A stretch of 64,000 nt of DNA from Squalus acanthias (Eukaryota). The translations under genes were made by a program, and so were the position numbers. Location of the stretch: assembly GCA_030390025.1 (NCBI GenBank), contig CM059427.1, forward strand, positions 20,150,001 through 20,214,000. The letters run 5' to 3'. Below are positions 35,452 to 47,271 of this stretch, piece after piece. A model generated the notes under the pieces. That model worked only from the letters and a program-made list of their open reading frames with translations. It was not told the origin of the DNA and searched no databases. Numbering within the stretch: the first letter of the stretch is position 1; every line of letters begins with the position of its first letter.

Positions 35452-36503
35452 GTACAAAAGTGAACAGAGCCTTGTGTTTTTTAATGAGTGTGATTTTTGT
35501 GGCCTGTCCTATTATCATTTTATTCTTTAAGAATGTTTTCTTTAAATAATCCCTCCCTTGTAATTGTTCTTTCTCTTTTAAAAATGCTAATGATATATTT
35601 CACCGTCTTTTTGTTTCTTGGTTTTCTCTTAACTGTTGTGTAAATTCAGGTCTCTTTGCATGTGTTTGTTTGTGTTGGTCCCCATCTTTTAGAAAAAGTT
35701 TATGTTTAATTGTGGAAGTCTGATTATAATCAATTAATTTGTACTTGATTGTTTTGTAATTAGTGTAAAAATTCAAGAAAATCTGCAATAGGTTACCTGA
35801 AAGAAAAACAAATTGCCCTTAAGATTTTCATAAAGAATTTAAAATTGAATATATTTAAATTAGTTTAATATTTTATGTATTGAAACTAATTACTCTGCTT
35901 CTGAGACCTTTGGTAAGCATGTGGATTTTCGAAACTCAAGCTAAGTTGTCTAATTTTCTGTAGCACTTGTACGTATGTTTAGCATTTGTTGCCATTTGGC
36001 ACTTCATTTGAATGTCTTTCGTTAGTAATTGTTTGTTGTGCTCCCAGATCATGATCAAGATTTTTTCTATATATTGCATAGTTTTTCCTGTATTTTCTTT
36101 GAACCTTTTCTTATACTTTTTTCCAAACGTAAAAATGTACAAGAAAAATATGGAAACATCAACAGTACTATGGTAGTTTTTAAAATATTAACTACATTTC
36201 AACTACTAAGTGTATCCCAAACACTTAATAAACCTGTGATGTTATTGGACTTTAGCAAGCAATTTACTGCATACTTTTAAAATCTGGAAACATGAGGAAC
36301 CATTTGAAATTGGTAAGAACTCAAAAGGACATTTGTTTGATAGTTTTCTTGCTGTCTTTCCAATATCCAACCCATTTTCTTGTAAAATACAGGAAACTCT
36401 GTCGATGTGAGAGCACAGAATGCTTGTTAATATATTTTGTTAAACGTGTATAAATGTCTTCTGTTAATTGGTGTGGTCTACAATAACAATAATATCTTTA
36501 AAG

Positions 36504-36599
36504 TGTCTGGAGTTGCCAGGGTAGCTGTACCTGAAAAAGTACCTGAACAAGCTGCTCCCCCTCAGATTCCTATTGTACAGGAGGCAGTTCCACAAAAAG
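36504..36599 (+). CDS. TTN: Titin PEVK exon P3 (96 nt)
   Basis: VSGVARVAVPEKVPEQAAPPQIPIVQEAVPQK; tttaaag acceptor, gtaca donor. Confidence 0.88.
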
Positions 36600-36987
36600 G
36601 TACAAAGAGCTTGCAGTTTGTTTGCGACAAACTCCATGTATGTTCTGTGTTTCTTGTTAGTCTTCATTTTGGTTTGCTCACAACAAATGCCAGCTTGTTG
36701 TATTTACCTTAGCTTATTCTTTATTTCTGTAGGGTTCTTTGAGATTTTATATTCTCGATCAGTTATGTTTCAAAGCTGGTTTGTTCTCATAATTGCTACT
36801 GTCTGTGTACACAACTGTTACTGATATTTTTAATGTTCTGTGTAAAAGGTTTAAAATTGTAAAACCTTTGTTTTCTTATACTTTTTTGATCTAATTTAGA
36901 ATTGTGTGTCTTTTAAAAATAATCCACATTGTACATGTGTCTAAACAAGTTTGGATCTGATCTCAGTCAGGAGCAATAATCTTTACG

Positions 36988-37075
36988 TGGCATAAATTGG
37001 CAAGAAAGTATCACCTCAAAAAGTTGTGTCACTAACTATTCCAAAAAATTCAGAAGTGCTTTGTGGGGAAAAAAG
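36988..37075 (+). pseudogene. Putative dead PEVK pseudo-exon
   Basis: aataatctttacg in place of ...tttaaag; reads VA*IGKKVSPQKVVSLTIPKNSEV; no GT donor; MITE 8 nt downstream. Confidence 0.55.
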
Positions 37076-37083
37076 CAATCAAT

Positions 37084-37969
37084 GGCCGTAATTTTCTTAA
37101 GGTAGTGGGTTGGGGGCGGGGGGCCTCCGAGGCGGGTGGGAAACCTGGGAGGCCGGATTTCCTGCAGGCCCTGCCGACTTTAAAGGCAGGGCCTGATTTG
37201 CATGTGAGGCTTCTGATTCCCGCCCGCAGCCAGCCAGATTGAGAGGCTGGCTGGCTGCTGTGGGGGTAGGCTTCAGTTGCGGAGAGGAACTGAGGGGTTG
37301 GTTGGGTCAGGGATCAGCGGGGTGGTCGGGGAACGGCAGAGGAGGATTGGGGATCGCGGGGGGAGGATTGGGGATTGGCGGGGGCGATCAGGGATGGGGT
37401 GTCGAGGATTGGCGGGGGGGTCGTGGATGGGGGGGGGGGTCGGGGATTGGGGGTCAGCCAGAGGATCGGGGATGGGGGTGGTGTTGGGGATTGGCAGGGG
37501 GTGATTGGAAGGTCGGGGAGTCGGCCGGGGATCAGGGATCGGCAGGGGGAGAGAGAGGATTGGGGCCGGCCACCGGATGATTGTGGCCGGCCTCAGCATC
37601 ATCGTGGGGGGGTGGGGGTGGGGTCTCCGATCACGGGGGGTGGGCTAGGTAGGGACCCTGGATCCAGGAGGTAAGTATAAAGCTACTTACCTCCTCAGTT
37701 TAACTGTCAGGTTTCACGAATTGTGTGAAACCCGTCCACATGCAGTTAAATTCAAAATGGAGGTTAAAAAAGAGGCTTCCAGCCTCATTACAATATTTAA
37801 ATTGATGTACAGCCCCTGGGAGCGGGTTAGTCATCTGCCCCCTACCCGCCTCCATTAAAACCGAAAGAGGGCGAGTTGGAGATGGGATCAGGTCGGGAAT
37901 CCAATTTTTAACATTTTAACTGCCCCCACGCTCCAAACCCACCCGCTTTTTTAGGGGAAAATTCCGGCC
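37084..37969. mobile_element. PIF/Harbinger-like MITE, family 1
   Basis: TIRs GGCCGTAATTTTC / GAAAATTCCGGCC; TSD AAT; G-rich interior. Confidence 0.88.
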
Positions 37970-38124
37970 AATGTTAGCATGCAGTGTGGCCTTCATGGGA
38001 AATTATTGTGTTTATCTGCTTATGTCAGAAACCATACTTGTTTCATGGTGTTGTTTTTGTGTATTCTTTTATCGCTCTTCTATATGTCAGTGGATTGGCA
38101 AAAAGAAAGTAGGGTTCTTATGAG

Positions 38125-39110
38125 CTGTTATAATCTCATCTGCACCTTCTTCAGAGCCTCAATGTCCTTCAGCATATGCGGGTACCAAAGCCTGACACAA
38201 TAGTCCAAGTACAGACCTAACAAGGCCTTGTATAGCATAAATAAACTGCTCTTTGTTTTATCTTCGATGTTCCTTGCAATACACACTAAAACTCTATTTA
38301 CCTTCACTGTAGCCACCTCACACCGCTTGTACACTTTTAACAAGTTGTCAACTGTTAACCCCAGATATCTCCCTTGAACATGCCTGGACACTTCACTTAT
38401 CCACAATAAAGAACATCTGCCACTTATGGGCCCATTCCCCCAATTTATGTAAATCAGCCAGCAGCCTATTAATTTAGTTTCCTGTGAGTGTACAAATGGT
38501 TCCATTAATGCCTTCATCCAAATCATTAATGAACATGATGAAAAGCAATAGTTCTAACATGGAACCTTGTGGAAGTCCACTTGTGACCAGCTCCCGTTCA
38601 GATACACTTCTATTAATGGCAATGTTATGCTGATGAGATTTCAGCCAGTTCCCTGTCCAGCATTATACCTGTCCTGTCCTATGTTCCTATATGACTTTTT
38701 TTTTTCTAGTAGTTTTCTATGTGGCACTTTGTCACAAGCTTTTTGGAGAACTAGATATATAACATCAACAGGATTGTTATCATCCACTATTTTGGAGACT
38801 TCCTCAGAGAACTCAGTCAGTTTACTGAGGTAGAAACTGTTTCCTGAAGCCATGCTGGGAATCTCAAATAACCACTAATCTCCCTAAGTGATCATAAGTG
38901 ACATCCATGCAATACCTTTCAACAATTTCCTTACAAATAATGTCAAACTGACGAGTCTATAATTCCCAGAGTCAAATTTCTTCTCCTAATTAATAGGGTC
39001 ACCTAATTATGCTTCTAATCCATTGGAGCCAGCCCAGACCTCAAGAGCTATTGAATATATGAATCAGTGACTCACATATAATCTCCCCCATTTCCATAAG
39101 CACTCTAGGG
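38125..39110 (-). mobile_element. Old degenerate CR1-clade LINE fragment
   Basis: Minus-strand VDVIYLVLQKACDKVPHRKL and LYKALL...LDYCVRLWYP...DIEALKKVQ. Confidence 0.8.
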
Positions 39111-39635
39111 CAAATGAATCAGTTTCAGCAGCGTGATCATCTAAGACCATGCCTGCAGTTATTTCTATTGCATCATCTCTAGCTGCACATCGATCTAATG
39201 CTACCAGGACTGTAGCATCATCATTAGTTTTGAAAAACAAAGTACTGATACAATCTTTATATTTGATTCCCTGTGATTATATTTTAGCAGCAACTATCTA
39301 CAATAGTGGGTTTGATGCGACTCCAACAAAATTGAGTGCAGTGTTGCTGTTTTCATGTTTCATCCCCCACACATTTTGATTTAAAGTTTAGCTATCAATT
39401 GTAGATTTTTGAACATACATTTTTGTATTAGAGTTCCCACTAATAAAAACATTGCTATAAGATTCATGATTATTGGTATACATTTACCACTTATAATCTT
39501 GACATCACGTGGCTGTGCTTTGTAGTCTAATTGTTTTTTAATGTATACTGTTGTTCCATATCTTTTGTTTCATCTTCCAAGTAATGTTCATTTTCTTCAA
39601 TGAATTTTATCTAAAAATGAAAATGTTCTTTAAAG

Positions 39636-39710
39636 TGCCGAAGAAGCCTGTTGCTGAGGAGGTTAAACCAGTTACTGTTTCGAGAAAGGAAATCGTTCCT
39701 CCAACAAAAG
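39636..39710 (+). CDS. TTN: Titin PEVK exon P4 (75 nt)
   Basis: VPKKPVAEEVKPVTVSRKEIVPPTK. Confidence 0.92.
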
Positions 39711-40128
39711 GTATGGAAATATGCATACAATACTTCTAAAATGATTCTGTAAAAAGAAATCACATGATCTAGTTGGCTATGCCGTGTGTGTGCATGTGTG
39801 TTTGTGCATTCATGTTGTTTCCTGCTGTTTTTGTATATTGTAGTTTATAGTTTTGCTTACTTATCCATTAAATTGGGGGACTTATTGAATTAAAAACACT
39901 GGTTTGGGGGACTTATTTATAAATGTTAATATATTACAATGCTAGAAATTAGTGTATTCTCCTTTTGGTCATTTTACTAATAATTAATTAGTGTTATTGC
40001 AACTAAAGTCATTTAAATTCATGTCTAATATGATGTAAAAATCTTAACTTACAACATTTTTGGAGGGAAAGATGAATTATAATAAGCAACTAAGTTCTCA
40101 GCTTGCTTGGTTGATTTATATTTATGTT

Positions 40129-42186
40129 ACATAAGAACATAAGAACATAAGAAGTAGGAGCAGGAGTAGGCCATACGACCCTTTGGGCCTGCTCCGCCAT
40201 TCAATAGGATCATGGCTGATCCGAACCTAGACTCACGTCCACTTCCCTGCCCGCTCCCCATAACCCTTAATTCCCTTATCAGCTAGGAAACTGTCTATCT
40301 CCGTTTTAAATTTATTTAATGTCGCAGCTTCCACAGCTCTCTGAGGTAGCAAATTCCATAGATTTACTACCCTCTGAGTGAAGAAGTTTCTTCTCATCTC
40401 AGTTTTGAAACAGCAGCCCCTTATTCTAAGATTATGCCCCCTAGTTCTAGTCTCACCCATCAGTGGAAACATCCTCCCCGCCTCCACCCGATCAAGCCCC
40501 CTCACAATCTTATATGTTTCGATAAGATCGCCTCTCATTCTTCTGAATTCCAATGAGTAGAGGCCCAACCTACTCAACCTTTCCTCATAAGTCAACCCCC
40601 TCATCTCCGGAATCAACCGAGTGAACCTTCTCTGAACTGCCTCTAGAGCAAGTATATCTTTTCTTAAATATGGAAACCAAAACTGTACGCAGTATTCCAG
40701 GTGTGGCCTCACTGAAGCAAGACTTCCCTGCTTTTATACTCCATCCCCCTTGCAATAAAAGCCAAGATTCCATTGGCCTTCCTGATCACCTGCTGCACCT
40801 GCATACTAACCCTCTGTGTTTCATGCACCAGGACCCCCAGATCCCTTTGTACTGTAGCACTTTGCAGTTTCTTTCCATTTAGATAATAACTTGCTCTTTG
40901 ATTTTTTCTGCCAAAGTGCATAACCTCACACTTTCCAACATTATATTCCATCTGCCAAATTTCTGCCCACTCACTTAGCCTGTCTATGTCCTTTTGCAGG
41001 TTTTTTATGTCCTCCTCACTCACTGCTTTCCCTCCCATCTTTGTATCGTCTGCAAACTTGGATACGTTGCACTTGGTCCCCTCCTCCAAATCGTTAATAT
41101 AGATTGTAAAGAGTTGGGGTCCCAGCACTGACCCCTGCGGAACACCACTAGTCACTGATTGCCAACCCGAGAATGAACCATTTATCCCAACTCTCTGTTT
41201 TCTGTTAGATAGCCAATCTTCCACCCATGCCAGTATATTACCCCCAATCCCGTGATTTTTTATCTTGTGCAGTAATCTTTTGTGTGGTACCTTGTCAAAT
41301 GCCTTTTGGAAGTCCAAATACACCACATCCACTGATTCCCCTTTATCCAGCTTGTTTGTTATGTCCTCAAAGAATTCGAGCAAATTTGTCAAGCATGATT
41401 TCCCTTCATAAAACCATGCTGACTCTGTCCGATTAAGTTATGCTTATCCAAATGTCCTGTTACTGCTTCCTTAATAATGGACTCCAACATTTTACCAACT
41501 ACAGATGTTCGGCTAACTGGTCTATAGTTTCCAGCCTTTTGTCTACCTCCCTTTTTAAATAAGGGTGTTACATTAGCAGTTTTCCAATCTGCTGGGACCT
41601 TTCCTGAATCCAGGGAGTTTTGGAAAATTACCACCAATGCGTCCGCAATCCCTACCCCAACTTCTCTCAAGACCCTAGGATGTAAGCCATCAGGTCCAGG
41701 GGATTTATCCGCCTTAAGTCCCATTATCTTACCGAGTACCATCTCCTTAGTGATTTTAATCGTGTTTAGCTCCTCCCCCCCTATAGCCCCTTGTTTGTCC
41801 AGTGTTGGGATATTTTTAGTGTCCTCTACTGTAAAGACTGATACAAAATATTTGTTCAGCGTATTTGCCATCTCCATGTTCCCCACTACTAATTTCCCGG
41901 TCTCGTCCTCTAAGGGACCAACATTCACTTTAGCCACCCTTTTTCTTTTTATATAACTAGAAACTCTTGCTATCTGTTTTTATATTTTTTGCTAGTTTAC
42001 TTTCATAATCTATCTTCCCTTTCTTAATTAATCTTTTAGTTATTCTTTGCTGGTTTTTAAATGCTTCCCAATCTTCTATCCTCCCACTAGATTTGGCTAC
42101 TTTATAAGCCCTTGTTTTTAGTCGGATACTATCCTTTATTACTTTAGTTAGCCACGGATGGCTGTCTTTTCTTTTACGCCCCTTTT
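40129..42186 (-). mobile_element. CR1-clade LINE (HER1-like), 5'-truncated; RT domain
   Basis: Minus-strand ORFs with KSPGPDG, YLDFQKAFDKVPH, GVPQGSVLGP, KFADDTK; tail (ACATAAGA)n on + strand. Confidence 0.95.
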
Positions 42187-42999
42187 TACAGTTACAGTTA
42201 CTTATCAGTAAATATTAGCGAAACATGTATGCATACATACATGAGAACATACAGATGTGATAGTAGGTGAACCAGAAATTAGTGAATGACATTGGTTTTT
42301 TGATTAGCTCTTTGCTTTCTGAAACTGCCAACAGGAAATCTTCAGAGGTTGCAAATTCACCTACTGGAGATCAAGGCTGAGAATACCTATCACCATGCTA
42401 CACATTATATTTGGAACTAAACTTTTAATACTGTAGAATTATCTACATGCACCTTCATTTTGAAAAGAGATTTGAAATGTTGTTGAACAGACATATCTTT
42501 CTGCTTCCCAATATGGCAGTTTAGTTGTCACTAAAATGTTGTCATAAACATGCTGTTCCAATAGCATGGAACTGCTACAAGCCAGCTTGTTTGGAAAGTA
42601 ATTCTGGGGACAACACCAGAGGCTGTATATGGGGGATGGAGCTCTGTCCATGAAAAATCATATTCGCTGTGCTACCGGAAGTGATAGAAAGTATGGAGAT
42701 TTGCAACAAAAATCATTTCTGCTAGTTGAGAACTAAACCTTAAAATATCCAAAGGATTCGTGTGTAATTGCTCATAGCTGCTGGATTAATTCACTAGGTT
42801 GCATAAGGCAATAATAAGTTTATGTATACCAGAACCATGATGCAAAATGAGAGATTATTGTGTGATTGGCACAAGATGGTAGACTGTGTAATGTATCAGT
42901 TGCTTCTTTTGTGTTTAATGTTATGTGCACTTCTGTGTTAAAATGTTCGAAGTGCAGGTCTTTGATATTTTTTTTGTCCAAAACTTAAATTCCTTAAAG

Positions 43000-43074
43000 T
43001 GCCAGAGGTTCATGAGTTTGTTCCTGAAGAAGTGAAACCAGTTATACGAAAAGAAAAGGTTTCTCCAATAAAAG
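43000..43074 (+). CDS. TTN: Titin PEVK exon P5 (75 nt)
   Basis: VPEVHEFVPEEVKPVIRKEKVSPIK. Confidence 0.9.
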
Positions 43075-43328
43075 GTACAAAAGAAGCCATGTGTTTCATA
43101 CTAGCATTGTTCTTTTGATAAATGTGTATTCATCTTGTAATTATCTTGGAAAGTAGTTCTGTTTTAGAGGCTTCAAATTGCCAATGCTCTGCTACTTGTT
43201 CATCTTATTTTACGATATGTGTTGTTTTAATTGTTTGCTTGTGAATTTGTGCCATTCTATTACTGCATTGTGTTGTTCTTGTACTTATTGATACTGTCAT
43301 TATGCTTAGTTAGGTATTAAAACACATA

Positions 43329-44258
43329 GGGGGAAAAATTCGGTTGGTTTGCGCCTCCCGTTAGCGCCTTAAGAGGGCGCTAATGAGGCCCAAAGCAACT
43401 AGCGCCCGGGCGCGGCGATGTTTGCGCCGCTCGCGAAATTGACCAGACATTTTGCGGCGGCGCTAAACACTACCGCCACGATCTCCTGCGCCCGCAGATC
43501 ATGACGTCAGTCGAGTGTGCAACGCCCCAGTAGCGCCCCGGACCGGATTTTGAGTGGCGCCCCCTGCCTTTACCGCCTGCCACTAGCAACGACAGGTTGA
43601 GGGGAGCGTTTTGCAGTCGGGAAGGGACTGGGGGAGCGCTATTTAAAGGCAATTATCAGCCGGGCGCAAAGTTTAGCACATGGCTGCCTCCGACTACAAA
43701 CCTTTTTTTGTCGCTGACATTTTTGCACCACGCATTCTGAGTGAGAGAGAGAGACTTCTGGAGATATTCAACGCTGTGTTGAGGAGTTTTGGGTACTGAG
43801 CAACACTTTGCAGTTTCATTTTGATTTGATCTTCCTTGCATCGATTTAGAAGAGACTCTGGGGCTGCACTCTGAGCTCTTTCCCTGGGCCTCTCCATTGT
43901 TCTTTCCAGCAGATTTGATGTACTGGTCTCTCCAGGCCGAGATTCAAGGCTGCAACGAGCAGGGTTTGGATGGAGAGCAAGATCGACCCTCCCCTTTAAG
44001 AACTGGCCGGCATCAGTGTGTCTGTATTCCATTGCTGACTGACATCACCTGAGCTTCGCCAGCGCTCTGAGGTAGTGCCTCGCTCCTCGGCGTTAGCGCC
44101 TTAAGAGAGGTGTGCAGCGCCTGATTTAGCGCTCCAATTACCTCCAGGGGCGATAGAAGCCAAGTTTGTAGTCGGAGGCAATAATTAGCGCCATGTGCTA
44201 AACTTTGCGCCCGGCTGATAATTGCGCCCCAAACGGGGCAATACCGAATTTCTCCCCC
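43329..44258. mobile_element. PIF/Harbinger-like MITE, family 2, copy 3
   Basis: TIRs GGGGGAAAAATTCGGT / ACCGAATTTCTCCCCC; TSD ATA. Confidence 0.9.
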
Positions 44259-45315
44259 ATAATATTTTAATATCGCCAATATTAAATAAATTTGAATTTT
44301 GCATTGAATTTCTTAACCAATAGCTTGCCTTGAAAACTTACCTGGACTTGTTGGGAACCCCATGATAAAGCTGGTGAAACAACTGTTTGCTTTGATGAAT
44401 TATAAATGCATGGCTCTTTGGGATTTTTTTCTTTTTGCCTCAATGAAGGTGAAGATATAGCATATCAATACAAGCATCCAGTTGCCGTATGATACTGTAC
44501 AAATGCAATCGAGATCATAATTACTATCTTTTGGTACTTATATTTGAGGAGCAACAGCGCAATGATGGACTGCCACACCCACAAGGGAAGATTAGGAGCA
44601 TGACTGTATTTCTTTTTTGACCCAGATTATGAAGCTCATCAAATATAAGGAGGGAGCAGAGGAGTCCACTTTTGTCATTTGAATTTGAAAACTATCTTTT
44701 AAACTTTTACTTTTTAATCTTTTAGTTTATCTTACTACAGCTTAAGCAGGAGTTTATAACAATCCTGCTACATCTTACTCCTCTAACATGCTGGCTACTA
44801 ACAGCACCTTACAAGTATGGAGCTTGGCTGTTGTGGCTGGGCTCAAAGCAGGTGGTTGGAAAATCAGAGTGTGCATCTTTAAATCCTCCTGCCCTTCAGG
44901 CTGGACTTCTGGTTCACCGCAGGCCACTATTAGTTGTTCATGTACCACTCTCAGCAAGTGATAATGTCAGAGTTTTGTCATTGGTAATGGCCTATCTGCA
45001 CACTCAGTGCCACTTCCTCTCGACCAACCAGTCTTGGTTGTAATTTTGAGTTATCCACGAGCTGTTACTGGCACGAGATTTTTCCTTCCAGAAAAAAGTT
45101 ATCCAGGGGACTGTTTCCCTGGCTGAGTTTTTTTTAAATTGATGTAGTATTGGCCTTAAGGAAAGCATAATTTCATTTACATTTTTTACCGCTAGAAAAA
45201 AATCTCTAATTTTAAAACTAACAGATTTTTTAAAATTGTGTGAAAGACCTTAATTTAGAAAATCCACTGATCTCAACTGCAAAATCGTGTACAAAAGTAA
45301 TTGCTATTGTGATCT

Positions 45316-46298
45316 AACAACAACTTGCACATTTATATAGCATGATTAATGTAGTAAAACATCCCAAAGCGTTTCATAGAAGTGTTATCAGACAAAATTT
45401 GACACCAAGCCAATACGGAGATATTAGCACAGGTGACCAAAAGCTTGGTCAAAGAGTTGGGTTTTAAGGAGCGTCTTAAAGGAGGAGAGAGAGGTTTAGG
45501 AGGGAATTCCAGAGCTTAGGGGCTAGACAGCTGAAGGCACAGCTGCCAATGGTGAGGTGAAGGAAATTGGGGATGTACAAGGGGCCAGAATTGGATGAAA
45601 GCAAAGTACTCGGAGGGTTGTAGGGCTGGAGGAGGTTACAGAGATAGAGAGCGGCAAGGCCATGAAGGGATTTGAACAAAAGGATCAGATTTTTATATTC
45701 GAGGAGTTGCTGGACCAGGAGCCAATGTAGGTCAGCGAGAACACGGTTATGGGTGAATGGGACTTGGTGTGAGTTAGGTTAAGGGCAACAAAGTTTTGGA
45801 TGAGCTCAAGTTTACGAAGGGTGGAAGATGGGAGGCCAGCCAGGCGAGCGTTGTAATAGTCAAGGCTGTAGGTAACAAAAGCACGGATAGGCCGAGACAG
45901 TTGCAGAGACAGGCGATATTATGGAGGTGGAAGTAGGTGGTCTTGGTGATGGAAAGGATATGGGGCCGGAAGTTCAGCTCAAGGTCAAATAGGACGCCGA
46001 GGTTGCGAACAGTCTGGTTCAGCCTCAGACAGTGGCCAGGGAGGGGGATGGAATCAGTGACTAGGGAACTAAGCTTGTGGCTGGGGCCGAAGACAACTGA
46101 TTCGGTCTATCCAATATTTAATTGGAGGAAATTTCTGCTCAGCCAATACTAGATGTCGGACAAGCAGCGTGACAAATCAGATGCATTGGAAGAGTTGAGT
46201 AATGTGGTGGTGAAGCAGCCTAGGTCTCGTCAGCGTATATGTGGAATCTAACGTTGTGTTTTCGAATGATGTCGCCGAGGGGCAGCATGTAAATGAGA
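45316..46298 (-). mobile_element. L2-clade LINE 3' fragment
   Basis: Minus-strand FKSLHGLA..YL..LL.PY.P...L.S...IG..AFS..AP.LWNSL (L2 ORF2 C-terminus); tail GCTATATAAATG..CAAG(TTG)n. Confidence 0.85.
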
Positions 46299-46445
46299 TT
46301 TTTGAGTTATGTGTTGGAAGGGAAAATATGATTAGGATGCTACCATTGTCTGTTACCTGTTTTGTGTGATTTTCATTGGATGTTTGAATAAATGTCATTT
46401 CTGTTTTTGATAAGTTTTGGCTAAATATAAAAATATTCTTTGAAG

Positions 46446-46523
46446 TGCCAGAAGTTGCTGTGAAACCTACTCCTGAAGAACCAGTTCCTGTTCAAAGGAA
46501 AGAGGAAATCACCCCAGTAAAAG
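46446..46523 (+). CDS. TTN: Titin PEVK exon P6 (78 nt)
   Basis: VPEVAVKPTPEEPVPVQRKEEITPVK. Confidence 0.92.
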
Positions 46524-47187
46524 GTACAAAAATTACAAGATTTTATACAAATATTTTCCCAAGTGATATGGTAGTTTATTGTTGCCATTGAGGTGACAAT
46601 GTTGTCTTGTTTTTATGATAATCTCTCAAATCAAAGTTAGAACTCTTCTGACTGCTTATTGTACAAGAATACTCATATTCTCAATGTCTGTCGTGAACTT
46701 GTTACAATGTTATGATCATTGTTCATAGCGTGCATAGATATATATATATATGTATATAGATTATGAATATTGTGATAGCATTAACATCGCTTAATATTTT
46801 GGCAATACATCAATTAAATTGGACTAAAGCCATTTTTTGCAAAATTATGAATTCATTTTTCTCACTGATGAAATTCTGATCATGCTATTGGAAAAATGTG
46901 CATAACAATACTCAGTGAAACATTTAATTTGTTAGCAAAAAGAGTAAAAAGCCTTTTGTATTTTATTTTAGCAAATATATTATATCAAAGTAAAAATATT
47001 CCATCAATTCTAGTTACTGAAGTTCCCAATGGCAGTGCATTACTTATTGTAGTTGATGGAGCTTTACAGTTGTTATTGTTACAAGAGAAATTGTCTGTCA
47101 TGTGTTGTCCTGTTTGGTGTTGAGATACATTCTGTATATTTTCTTTAATGATTCTAGTCTTTAAAAAAGATAAATGTTCTTTTAAAG

Positions 47188-47271
47188 TGCAAGAGATTCC
47201 TAAAAAAGCAGTTGCTGAAGAAGTGAAACCAATTATTATTTCAAGAAAAAAGGAGGTTTCTCCACTAGAAG
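47188..47271 (+). CDS. TTN: Titin PEVK exon P7 (84 nt)
   Basis: VQEIPKKAVAEEVKPIIISRKKEVSPLE. Confidence 0.9.
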
